The position numbers and the translations under genes were made by a program. Shown here one piece after another: positions 49,528 to 62,220 of a stretch of 64,000 nt of DNA. The notes beneath the pieces are model-generated. The model was given only the letters and a program-made list of their open reading frames with translations. It made no database searches and was not told where the DNA came from. The stretch's first letter is position 1. The number at the start of each line of letters is the position of its first letter. Source of the stretch: Malacoraja senta (taxonomy: Eukaryota); assembly GCA_038087875.1 (NCBI GenBank), contig CM075996.1, positions 7,194,001-7,258,000 of the forward strand, written 5' to 3'.

Positions 49528-52500
49528 CACAATACTCCATGTGTGGTCTCACTGTGCAACTGCAGAAGGACCTCTTTGCTCCTATACTCATCTCCTCTTG
49601 TTATGAAACATTCGGCCCATCAAATCTACTCTGCCATTCAATCATGGCTGATTTATCTTCTCTCAACCCCATTCTCTTGCCTTCTCCCCATAACCCCTGA
49701 CACCCGTACTAATCAAGAATCTATCTATCTCTTCCTTACAAATATCCATTGACTTGGCCTCCACAGCCCTCTGTGTCATGAAGCCTTCGTCCTTGATTCT
49801 ATCTGAAGAATTCCCTCAGGAATTTCAAAAATGTGAATTGGTGTAAACACCTCATTATCTCCTCGGGTAAATTCCAAAGAACTACTCACGTGATGGGAAC
49901 ACAGAAACATAGACAATAGGTGCAGGAGTCGGCCATTCCGCCCTTCGAGCCAGCACCGCCATTCAATATGATCATGGCTGATCATCCAGAATCAGTACCC
50001 CGTTCCTGCCTTCTCCCCATATCCCTTGATTCCTTTAGCGTTAAGAGCTAAATCTAAAGGGCCTGTCCCACTGTCCGAGCTCATTCAAGAGCTCTCCCGA
50101 GTTTAAGAAAAAATCAAACTCGTAGTAAGCACGTAGAATGTACGTAGCGGGTACGTCGGAGCTCGGGACGTCTCTTAGCGGCTCGTAACGCTAACGGCAG
50201 GTACTCGGGAAACGCAGTAAGCTCGTGAAGACTCGTGAAGATTTTTCAACATGTTGAAAAATGTTGAAACGCAGTAAGCTCGTGAAGACTCGTGAAGATT
50301 TTTCAACATGTTGAAAAATGTCCACGAGAGCCCCGAGTACCTACGAGCGGCTATTACCGTAATTCTCCGAGTTCGAATCAGGGGAAACTCGGGAGAACTC
50401 TTGAATTAGCTCGTACAGTGGGACAGGCCCCTTTACACACCAACCCATCCCAGTATATTTCATCTTCCTAATGTAATCACCCGTACTGTAAGGCCAAGTG
50501 CGGACATGGAATGGGTTTGACTTGCCATGTCCTCAGTGCTAGTGCGTAGGAAGGAACTGTAGATGCTGGTTTACACTGGAGGCAGACACAAAACGCTGGA
50601 GCAACTCAGCGGGACAGACGGCATCTCTGGAGAGAAGGAATGGGTGACGTATCGGGTCGAGACCCTTCTTTAGACTGAGAGTTGATGTGGGGGGGTGGTC
50701 CTAAATGGCCTACCCCTTATTCTTACATGGACCCTTGTTGAGGTGTAAGCCCTGTTATTAGGTTCCTGTCGGTGGCACTGGTTGTGAGTTGAGTGAAGCT
50801 CCATCCATTTGTACTCAACTGTCAACCGTCTTGCCATGACTCAGACAGCAGACCAGACTCCATCAGTGCCACCTTACACGTACCAGCCATCTATACCGGC
50901 GATATAATTTAGTTTAGTTTAGAGGTGCAGTGTGGAAACAGGCCCTTCGGCCCACCGAGTCCGCACCGACCAGTGATCCCCGCACATTAACATGGATAGG
51001 ACAGGTTTGGAGGGATATGGACCAAGTACAGGCAGGTGGGACTAGTGTAGCTGGGATATGTTGGCCGGTGTGGGCAAGGTGGGCCGAAGGGCCTGTTTCC
51101 ACACTGTATCACTCTATGACTCTTCTTCTTGCGAATGAACCATAAATAAACCAAAGGAATAGTTAGATCTCAAGCCGGGTGTTGAGCAGCCAGGTTGTTG
51201 TCTCTGTTGGCGTCAATGTCTGCCAGGCCCTGACAGAGCTCCATTTGGTGGGTGGTAGAGCGGGCACCGAGAGATGACATGGTCTGTTGTTCCACAATAC
51301 TCCATGTGTGGTCTCACTGTGCAACTGCAGAAGGACCTCTTTGCTCCTATACTCATCTCCTCTTGTTATGAAACATTCGGCCCATCAAATCTACTCTGCC
51401 ATTCAATCATGGCTGATTTATCTTCTCTCAACCCCATTCTCTTGCCTTCTCCCCATAACCCCTGACACCCGTACTAATCAAGAATCTATCTATCTCTTCC
51501 TTACAAATATCCATTGACTTGGCCTCCACAGCCCTCTGTGTCATGAAGCCTTCGTCCTTGATTCTATCTGAAGAATTCCCTCAGGAATTTCAAAAATGTG
51601 AATTGGTGTAAACACCTCATTATCTCCTCGGGTAAATTCCAAAGAACTACTCACGTGATGGGAACACAGAAACATAGACAATAGGTGCAGGAGTCGGCCA
51701 TTCCGCCCTTCGAGCCAGCACCGCCATTCAATATGATCATGGCTGATCATCCAGAATCAGTACCCCGTTCCTGCCTTCTCCCCATATCCCTTGATTCCTT
51801 TAGCGTTAAGAGCTAAATCTAAAGGGCCTGTCCCACTGTCCGAGCTCATTCAAGAGCTCTCCCGAGTTTAAGAAAAAATCAAACTCGTAGTAAGCACGTA
51901 GAATGTACGTAGCGGGTACGTCGGAGCTCGGGACGTCTCTTAGCGGCTCGTAACGCTAACGGCAGGTACTCGGGAAACGCAGTAAGCTCGTGAAGACTCG
52001 TGAAGATTTTTCAACATGTTGAAAAATGTTGAAACGCAGTAAGCTCGTGAAGACTCGTGAAGATTTTTCAACATGTTGAAAAATGTCCACGAGAGCCCCG
52101 AGTACCTACGAGCGGCTATTACCGTAATTCTCCGAGTTCGAATCAGGGGAAACTCGGGAGAACTCTTGAATTAGCTCGTACAGTGGGACAGGCCCCTTTA
52201 CACACCAACCCATCCCAGTATATTTCATCTTCCTAATGTAATCACCCGTACTGTAAGGCCAAGTGCGGACATGGAATGGGTTTGACTTGCCATGTCCTCA
52301 GTGCTAGTGCGTAGGAAGGAACTGTAGATGCTGGTTTACACTGGAGGCAGACACAAAACGCTGGAGCAACTCAGCGGGACAGACGGCATCTCTGGAGAGA
52401 AGGAATGGGTGACGTATCGGGTCGAGACCCTTCTTTAGACTGAGAGTTGATGTGGGGGGGTGGTCCTAAATGGCCTACCCCTTATTCTTACATGGACCCT

Positions 52501-53059
52501 TGTTGAGGTGTAAGCCCTGTTATTAGGTTCCTGTCCGTGGCACTGGTTGTGAGTTGAGTGAAGCTCCATCCATTTGTACTCAACTGTCAACCGTCTTGCC
52601 ATGACTCAGACAGCAGACCAGACTCCATCAGTGCCACCTTACACGTACCAGCCATCTATACCGGCGATATAATTTAGTTTAGTTTAGAGGTGCAGTGTGG
52701 AAACAGGCCCTTCGGCCCACCGAGTCCGCACCGACCAGTGATCCCCGCACATTAACATGGATAGGACAGGTTTGGAGGGATATGGACCAAGTACAGGCAG
52801 GTGGGACTAGTGTAGCTGGGATATGTTGGCCGGTGTGGGCAAGGTGGGCCGAAGGGCCTGTTTCCACACTGTATCACTCTATGACTCTTCTTCTTGCGAA
52901 TGAACCATAAATAAACCAAAGGAATAGTTAGATCTCAAGCCGGGTGTTGAGCAGCCAGGTTGTTGTCTCTGTTGGCGTCAATGTCTGCCAGGCCCTGACA
53001 GAGCTCCATTTGGTGGGTGGGTAGAGCGGGCACCGAGAGATGACATGGTCTGTTGTTCC
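49528..53059. repeat. Near-perfect direct tandem duplication, unit about 1765 bp
   Basis: 49528-51292 is repeated at 51293-53059; ORF-track entries recur with offset 1765; about two differences seen. Confidence 0.95.
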
Positions 53060-54479
53060 GCTCCGCATTCACAGGCTGGGCTCTGGCGGAGCCCCCATCT
53101 CCACACGCTGGCATTGAAACGCCCACCCTCCAGTACCAAGTCTGTTGAGCTTCACCCATTCTCCTCTGGGGAGGTCAGACCCGGGACAGCTTTTATCTGG
53201 TGAAGAGATGTCGCTGTGTAATGGAGATGACTATGACTAACACTATCCTACACAGACCAGGGACAATATTTCACCCAACAAATTTTTCACTTGACAATGG
53301 TCTGCTTCCTTTATCATCGCCACTTTTTTGCATATCTTTCATTCATTGTTCTTTATCTCTCCACATCATTGCCTTTCCCGTGACTTTCAGTCTAAAGAAG
53401 GGACGACCCGAGACGTCACCTGTTTTCCCCCAGAGATGCTGCCTGTCCCGCTGAGCTACTCCAGCTTTTTGTGACTATCTTCGGTTTAAACCAGCATCTG
53501 CAGTTCTTTCTTAAACAATTTTTACATTTATACAAAGCCAATGAACCTACAAACCTGCACGTCTTTGGAGGGTGGAAGGAAACCGAAGATCTCGGAGAAA
53601 ACCCACACAGGTCACGGGGAGAACGTACAAACTCCGTACAGACAGAACCCGTAGTCGGGATCGAACCCGGGTCTCCGGCGCTGTGAGCACTCTTAAGCAG
53701 CAACTCTACCGCTGCGCCACAGTGCCATCCCAGGATGAGATCCAACAATTCAGATACCCATTGACATTGTGCCAAGGGTCATTATCGTCAATGACCTCAA
53801 ACCCCACAGAGATGGGTATCAATAGGCCCTCAGACAAAGTTCAAACACAGTATCTCATAGAACATAGACCAGCACAGTCTGAAGAAGGGTTCCGACCCCA
53901 AAACATCACCTGTTCCATTTCTCCAGAGATGCTGCCTGACCCGCTGAGTTGCTCCACTGACGTCTGTGGCAATGAATTCCACAGATTCACCACCCTCTGG
54001 TTAAAGAAATTCCCCCTCATCTCCTCTCCAAAGGTATGTCCTTTGATCTGAGGCTGTGCCCTCTGGTCCAAGACACTCCCACTAGTGGAAACATCCTCTC
54101 CACATCCACTCTATCCAGGCCTTTCACTCTTCGGTACATTTCAATAAGATCGCCCCTCATTCTTCTAAACTCCAGCGAGTACGGAGTTTGTACGTTCTCC
54201 CCATGACCCGCGTGGGTTTTCTCCGGGTGCTCCGGTTTCCACCCACACTCCGAAGACGGTACGGGTTTGTAGGCTAATTGTAGGCTCATCAGTGCCGTCA
54301 AACGCTCATCCTGTGCGTTAACCCACTCATTCCAGGGATCGTTCTCGTAAACCTCCTCTGGACCCTCTCCAGAGCCAGCACATCCTTCCTCAGATACGCT
54401 ACCCCAAATTGCTCACAATACTCCAAATGCGGCCTTGCCAGCGCCTTATGGAGCCTCAGCGTCACATCCCTGTTTTTGC

Positions 54480-54915
54480 TCAAAGATTGTCGGTCAACCA
54501 CTACAGAAAAATGTATCTATCATCCTACCTTAAAAACATACTAAGGATTAGCCAATAACATTTCCTCTGACACCAACCACGTTCTGAATAGTGAGTACAA
54601 TTTGTTACCATCAAACCGGAGATATAGGGTTCCTAAATTTAATAAGGTTAGAATGAGGGGCCCTTTTGTGTACCAGTCAATCCTTCAACTAAACACAGCG
54701 TTTAATCCCAGATCAAACGTACGCTGACGGGTCATAAATGGGGTCTGTTATTGTAATGTCTTGTCGAATGTGGGTATTTTGGGATCCTGTCATGATATCT
54801 TGATGCGTGTCTTCTCTCGCTCCTCTTGTCTTTCTTGTGATGGTGTAAATGGAGCTTCTGTGATGCAAAACGAATTTCAGACTCGCTCTGACAATAAAGT
54901 ATTATCGTATCGTAT
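54480..54915 (+). mobile_element. Rex1/Babar-like LINE 3' fragment
   Basis: Reads ..NNISSDTNHVLNSEYNLLPSNRRYRVPKFNKVR..QSILQLN; AATAAA then a (TATCG)n tail. Confidence 0.65.
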
Positions 54916-57900
54916 ACTAGCCCTCTTGAAATAAATGCTTAAAAGCATTGCCTTTGCTTTCTTAACTAACGAGAAGAAACGGTAAAGAAGGTGAATCTTC
55001 GCTGCATCCATTCCAGCTTAAGTGAGTTTGGGAGTTGTTCCCTGAACTACTGGGAAACAATCTGGATCTTCAGGGGTTAAAATGTGTATCAGTTTGCACT
55101 GTGTAATCGTTCCAGAGCAGGGAAATGTAAATAAAGGTGAGTTAATAGTCTTTTGAAATTCCTGTTTAACTGTAGGTCACTTTTTTTTTTAGATTTCAAA
55201 ACAGATTTTATTCCAGAAATACAATACGTGAACCGTGAAAAAAAATTCATCCGACATTTTCGGAGGATATACACAAACATTCAAGTGTTTAAGAAAGAAC
55301 TGCAAATGCTGGAAAAATCGAAGGTAGACAAAAATGCTGGAGAAACTCAGCGGGTGAGGCAGCATCTATGGAACGAAGGAATAGGTGACGTTTCGGGTCG
55401 AGACCCTTCCCCAGACTGAAACATTCAATGCTATTTACACACATTTCACAAATTTCTCCCCCACCCTTGCCACTCATGTGGCCCACTGGCGTGGAATCCA
55501 TTCCCTTATTTTGAGGGGCTCTGTGTGATATCAGGTATTACTGGGAATACTAATAGTCGGAATTTTAGATTCAAACTTCAGCTTTATATAAGTTATCGTC
55601 ACGGTTTAGTTTATTGTCACCTGTACCGAGCTACAGTGAAAAGCTATTGACGCGTGCTAACCAGTCAGCGGAAAGACAATACATGATTACAATCGAACCA
55701 TTCACAGTGTACAGATACATGATAAGGGAATAACATTCAGTGCAAGGTAAAGCAAGTAAAGTCCGATCAAAGATAGTCCGAGGGTGACCAATGAGGTAGA
55801 TAGTAGTTCAGCACTGCTCTCTGGATGTGGTAGGATGGTTCTGTTGCCTGATAACAGCTGGGAAGAAACTGTCCCTGAATCTGGAGGTGTGCGTTTTCAC
55901 ACTTCTGATGGGAGAGGAGGGAAGAGGAAGTGGCCAGGGTGCGACTTGTCCTTGATTATGCTGCTGGCCTTGCCGAGGCAGCGTGAGGTATAAATGGAGT
56001 CAATAGAAGGGATAGATATAAAACGCTGGAGTAACTCAGCGGGACAGGCAGCATCTCTGGAGAGAAGGAATGGGTGATGTTTCGGGTCAAGACCCTTTCA
56101 TCAGACTGATGTCAGGGGAGGGGGAGGTACAGTACATAGACAAGGATGTGTAAGGTGTGAAAATATGACAAAGGGAATGAAGATCAAGGAAAATAAGGGA
56201 GTTTGGTTTGTGTGCTGGGGTGTGACGAGTCATTGTGTGTGGAATCACATTTATTAAGTACTGTAAATTGATTGATTGAATTGATTGAAAAATACAGCAT
56301 GAATGGAAAGAAACAGGCCCTCCGGCCCACCGACTCCACGCCGACCATCGATCACCCGTTCCCACAAGTTCTACGTTATCCTACTTTCCCCACCCACTCC
56401 CTACACGCTAGGGGGCAATTTACAGAGGGCCCATTGACCTACAAGCCCGCACGCCTTTAGGATGTGGGGGGAAACCGGAGCACCCGTGTGGTAACAGGAA
56501 GAACGTGCAAACTCCACACAGACAGCACCGAGGTCAGGCTCGAACCCAGGACTCTGGCATCGTGAGGCAGCGGCTCTGACATCTGTGCCACTGTGCAATG
56601 GAAAGATGTTGTAAATCAAGATAGGCATAACAAGCTGGAGTAACTCAGGGGGTCAGGCAGCATCTCTGGAGAACAGGAATTGGGGACGTTTCGGGTCGGA
56701 CGGCTCTCCTGGTTCCCTCCCAAGTCTTGTCCCACTTACATCCCATCCACCCTTCGGCAAAGACGGATCAGCTCGGTATTGGTTTTAGTTTTACTTTTCG
56801 AGATACAGCACGGAAACAGGCCCTTCGGCCCACCGAGTCCGCTCTGACCAGCGCTCCTCGCACACTGACACTATCCCAAACTAGGGACAATTCACAATGT
56901 TACCAAAGCCAATTAGCCTACAAACCTGTACTTCTTCGGAGTGCGGGAGGAAACCGGAGCGCCCGGAGAAAACCCACGCAGAACGTACAAACTCGGTACA
57001 GGCAGTGCCTGTGGTCAGGATCGAACCCGGGTCTCTGGCGCTGTGAGGCAGCAGCTCTACCGCCGTGTCATTTCCCTTGATCCCCATCCCCTTTGACCCG
57101 TTTTCACGCCTTACACTTCCTTATCTCCGAATCTCCCTCCCTCCTGACTCTCAGTCTGAAGAAGGGTCTCGACCCGAAAACGTTACCCATTCCTTCTCTC
57201 CAGAGATGCTGCCTCTCCCGCTGAGTTACTCCAGCCTTTTGTGTCTTATCTTCCATTGACAATAAAACACTCTCGACTCTTGATGGACACAAAAAGCTGG
57301 AGTAACTCAGCGGGACGGGCAGCATCTCTGGAGAGAAGGAATGGGTGACGATGTTTCGGGTTGAGACCCTTCTTCAGACTGTCAGACTGAAGAAGGGTCT
57401 CGACCCGAAACATCACCCATTCCTCTCCAGAGATGCTGCCCGTCCCACTGAGTTACTCCAGCTTTTTGTGTCTATCTTTGGTGTAAACCAGCATCTGCAG
57501 TTCCTTGGTAGACAAAAATGCTGGAGAAACTCAGCGGGTGAGGCAGCATCTATGGAACGAAGGAAATAGGCGTAGTTTCGGGCAGAAACCCTTCTTCGGA
57601 CTGCAATTCCTTCCTGTACACTTGACCTTTTTGACAGGGATCTTTAAGAGAGTGGATGGACTGCTTTTCCCAAGGGCTTGTGAAAGCTCACAGCTTCAGT
57701 GACTGGAGTCTCCCCAGAACAAGGCTCAGGAAAGCACCGCACCGCACCGCACCTACCCTTCCCACCCCTCCCAACGTCCCAGTGTAAACCTTGCCCAGGG
57801 GGGCTGCATTATTGCACACGGGCTGGAGTGGCTGCACAGCATGAATCACTTCCTCATACACACACCGCAGGAATGCCAACCATGCAGCACCACCCCTGCT

Positions 57901-58799
57901 GCTGTGCTGTTGCTGCCCGCAGGGTCCTAGTGCTCACCCTCCACTGTCCTAAGGAACTAGGAGCAGGGGCAACATTGGGGAAAAGAGATGAGCAGCAAAT
58001 TAAAGGAATGGGGGAAAGTAGTTTGCATTGAAAGATTTTGTTCTCACTTGTTACGTTGTTTTGTTTATGTTATTGTCAGGCGTACCAAGGCAGAGTGAAA
58101 AGCTTTTCGTTTAGTTTTGTTTAGTTCCGAGTAGTTTCTTGTCACGTGTACTGAGGTACAGTGAAAAGCTTTACTTGAGATATAGCGCGGACACAGGCCT
58201 TTCGGCCTACTGAGGCCGCACCAACCAGCGATCACCCCGCACGCACACTTGCACTTTCATACACACTCCAGGGACAATTGACTATTTTTTTGCCAAAGCC
58301 AATTAACCTACGAACCTGAGGTAGACAAAAGTGCTGGAGAAACTAAGCGGGTGCGGCAGCATCTATGGAGCGAAGGAAATAGGCAACGTTTCGGGCCGAA
58401 ACCCTTCTTCAGACTGATTCCTTCGCTCCACAGATGCTGCCGCACCCGCTGAGTTTCTCCAGCACTTTTTGTCTCCCTTCGATTTTCCAGCATCTGCAGT
58501 TCCTTCTTAAAAACCTACAAACCTGTACGCCTTTGGAGCGTGGGAGGAAACCGGAGCGCCCGGAGAAAACCCACGCAGGTCACGGGGAGAAGGTACAAAC
58601 TCAGTACAGACAGCGTCCGTAGTCAGGATGGAACCCGGGTCTGTGGCGCTGTGAGGCAGCAACTCTACCGCTGCGTCACCGCGCTGACCTAAGTTTAGCT
58701 TAGTCTGAAGAATGGTCTCGACCTGAAACTTCATCTATTCTTTTTCTTCAGAGATGCTGCCTGACCGACCCGCTGAGTTACTCCAGCATTTTGGTCTAT

Positions 58800-59280
58800 G
58801 TTTAGTTGAGTTTATTGTCACGTGTATCGAGGTACAGCGAAAAGCCTTTTGCTGCGTGCTAACCAGTCAGCAGAAAGAAGGGTTGAAGAAGGATGCTAAC
58901 CAGTCAGTCTGAAGAAGGGTTTCGGCCCGAAACGTTACCTATTTCCTTCGCTCCATAGATGCTGCTGCACCCGCTGAGTTTCTCCAGCATTTTTGTGTAC
59001 CAGCGGAAAGACAATACCTGATTACAATCGAGCTGTCCACATTGTACAGATACAGGATAGAGGGAATAACGTTTGTGGCAAGATAAAGTCCAGTAAAGAT
59101 TGTCCGAGTGACAGTAGGTCAGGACTGCTCTAGGTGGTGAGAGGGCGGTTCAGTTGCCTGATAACAGCCGGGAAGAAACTGTCCCTGAATGTGGAGGTGT
59201 GCGTTTTCCCACTTCTGTACCTCTTGCCAGATGGGAGAGGGGAGAAGAGGGAGCGGCCAGGGTGAGACTGGTCCTGGAAC
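58800..59280 (-). mobile_element. Rex1/Babar-like LINE 3' fragment (related pieces at about 23950-24230, 28765-29120, 36290-36540, 55605-56000)
   Basis: SHPGRSLFSPLPSGKRYRS...FRDSFFPAVIRQLN C-terminal signature, with a recurrent 3' UTR (TGTCACGTGTACCGAGGTACAGTGAAAAGC on +). Confidence 0.75.
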
Positions 59281-61699
59281 TGTGAAAGGATTGCACATCT
59301 TGTTAGGCACAGCCTTTGCCGTGTGTAATTTGATTCCTCCATTCACCATGCTGCGACAACGCACTTCAAAGATTGAATTTATTACTTCATTTCCGAGCCC
59401 AGAGCCACACAGTGGCGCAGCTCGAGGAGTTACAACCCCAGTGACCCACGTTCAGTCCTGACCTCAGAAGCTGCCTGTGTGGAGTTTGCACGTCACGGAC
59501 AGCACCTCTGGAGAGAAGGAATGGGTGATGTTTCGGGGACGAGACCCTTCCTCAGACCGGGTGATGGGCGGTGTAGGTTTGGTGTGGAGGGGTTGATTCT
59601 TGTCACCGGAGGTTACCTGGGACAAGTGGCCTGAATCCATTAGCTGCGTTTCCCAGCACTGACATCGATGGCAATCTCCGTCACTTGCCCAGTGATTCAG
59701 AGGAGAATGACTGGGGTGATAATTATGCACACTGGCTTGACGAAGAGCCAGGAGCGTTTCATTGTCGTACTGACCGAAAACGGAACAACGAAGTTCCTAC
59801 TAGCAGCAGCGTAACAGGATTGTAACACGGTACTCGTCCGTAACACAATGAATAAAGGAAATAAACGAATCAATAATTTTAGAAGGAAATAATATTACAA
59901 TACAATATAATCATACTTTATTGGCCAAGTATGTTTTGCAACATACGAGGAATTTCGTTTGCCATACAGTCATACCAATAAAAAGCAACAAGACACACAT
60001 TACACATTTTAACACAAACATCCACCACAGTGACTCCTCCACATTCCTCACTGTGATGGAAGGCGAAAAAAAGTGCAATCTCTTCCCTTCTTTGTTCTCC
60101 CGCGGTCGGGGGCCTCGAGCCTTCCGTTGACAGGGCGATCTTGACTCCCGTAGCCGGCGGCGTTCGAGCCCTCTGTGTCGGAGCTATCAAGCTCCTGCAT
60201 CGTGGGGGGATCTCAGCTCCCCCTCGCCGAGCGATCTGACCCCGGGTCGGGGCTTGTTGAACCTTCTGCGCGTTGCAAACAAAAGCCCGGTGGTGGCAGC
60301 ACAGTGGCGCAGCAGTAGAGTTGCTGCCTCACAGCGACAGAGACCCGGGTTCTGTCCTGACAATGGGGGCTGGCTGTACGGAGTTTGTACCTTCTCCCCG
60401 TGACCTGCGTGGGTTTTCTCTGAGAAGCTCCGGTTTCCTCCCACATTCCAAACACGTCCAGGTTTGTAGGTTAATTGGCTCGGTGTAAATGTAAATTGTC
60501 CCTAGTGTGTGTAGGATAGTGGTAGTGTGCGGGGATCGCTGGTCGGCGCGGACTCGGTGGGCCGAAGGGCCTGTTTCCGCTCTGTATCTCTAAACTAAAC
60601 TAAACTAAACTAAACTAAAAAGCCCCAAATCCCTGGTGCAACCATGACAGTATCCTGCATTGTTTCGTGAACAGACATGCCTGGACAATTTTCCTCACTG
60701 GTGTTGTATCTGTATTGGAATAGTTTGAATAGTTTTAGAGTTCTAGTATTAAATTTAATAATTCAATGATACTTTAATGTGACATGAACATAGGCACAGT
60801 GAAATGTTTTGTTTTGACAAGTTCATAAGCTTAAGGAGCAGAATTAGGCCATTCGGCCCATAGAGTCTACTCCGCTATTCAATCATGGCTGATCTATCTT
60901 TCCCTCTCGTAGAAACATAGTAAAAAAAGGTGCATGAGTAGGCCTTCAGACCAGCTGATCATCCAGAATCAGTACCCCGTTCTTGCTTTCTCCCCATATC
61001 CCTTGATTCCGTTGGCCCTGAGAACTAAATCTAACTCCCTCTTGAAAACATCCAGAGAATTATCCTCCACTGCCTTCTGTAGCAGAGAATTCCACAGATT
61101 CACAACTCTCTGGGTGAAAATGTTTTTCCTCATCTCAGTCCTAAATGGCCTACCCCTTATTCTTAAACTGTGACCCCTGGTTCTGGACTTCCCCTCAACA
61201 TGGGGAACATTTTTCCTGCATCTAGCCTGTCCAATCCCTTAAGAATTCTATAGAAATTCCCGTTTCTCAACTCCATTCTCCGGCCTTCTCCCCGTAACCC
61301 CTGACACCCGTAGTTTGCGTACAACCCGGTAAAATCATGCAGCAGACCTCCGCCAGGCTATTCACGGGTGTTGCCACATTCCTGACACCGATAAAGTTCA
61401 CCAAACAGTCGTATCGACTGCCTGCCGCCGCACGCGGCAGCAATGAGGCCTTCCCCCGCTGGGTCCCTCCTTCGTTCCTGGAGGCTACCTATCCCCACTG
61501 TGTCCCCCTTGGTTCTCGACGCCCACCCCTCCCTGCTTGGTCGCGCCTTCATACTCGATGACCCCCCCCTCCCCCTCCCCCCATGGTGTCCCTCTTCATT
61601 TTCAGCAGCCCACCCAGACCAGGCCCCCCAATTAATATGGTCAATATGGTCATAGGTTCACAAGTGATAGGAGCGGCATTAGGCCATTCGGCCCCCAAA

Positions 61700-62220
61700 A
61701 GAGGGGGCTCTTTTAAAACTGAGATGAGGAAGAACTTCTTCACCCAGAGGGTGGTTAATTTATGGAATTCACTGCCCCAGGGAGCAGTGGAACCAGAAAC
61801 ATTAAATATATTTAAGTCTAAAATAGATGGTTTTTTAGCTGCCAAGGGGATAAGGGGCTATGGGGAGAGGGCAGGGATATGGACCTAGGTATGGTTAGTA
61901 TAGTAAGACCTGAGTGATCTCCTGGACAAGTGTCGATCGCCTGGATTGGGGTCGGAGAGGAATTTCCCGGATTTTTTCCCCGAATTGGACCTGGGTTTTT
62001 ATCCGTTTTTTTGCCTCCCCCAGGAGATCACGCGGTTCTTGGGGTGGAGAGGGGTGATAGCGATATAAAGGGGAGGGTAGTGTCTTGTGTTCTGTGTCTT
62101 GTGTCTACTGTTTGTGGGTAAGGGTGTCTGTTTAGTGTTCAGCCATGAGCGAATGGCGGTGCGGGCTCGATGGGCCTGGTGGTCTACTCTCGCACCTACT
62201 TTCTATGTTTCTATGTTTCT
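61700..62220 (+). mobile_element. CR1 LINE 3' fragment with a distinct longer 3' UTR
   Basis: FKTEMRKNFFTQRVVNLWNSLPQ, ending in a TTCTATGT repeat tail. Confidence 0.75.

Larger units (their letters stand above)
45984..49590 (-). mobile_element. CR1 LINE 3' fragment split by the DIRS insertion (CR1 parts 45984-46038 and 49042-49590)
   Basis: ORF 49073-49591 (RPHMEYCVQFWS...LWNSLP). The 3' UTR continues across the insert: GAGCCAGCA | ATTCAATGTGATC. Confidence 0.85.
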
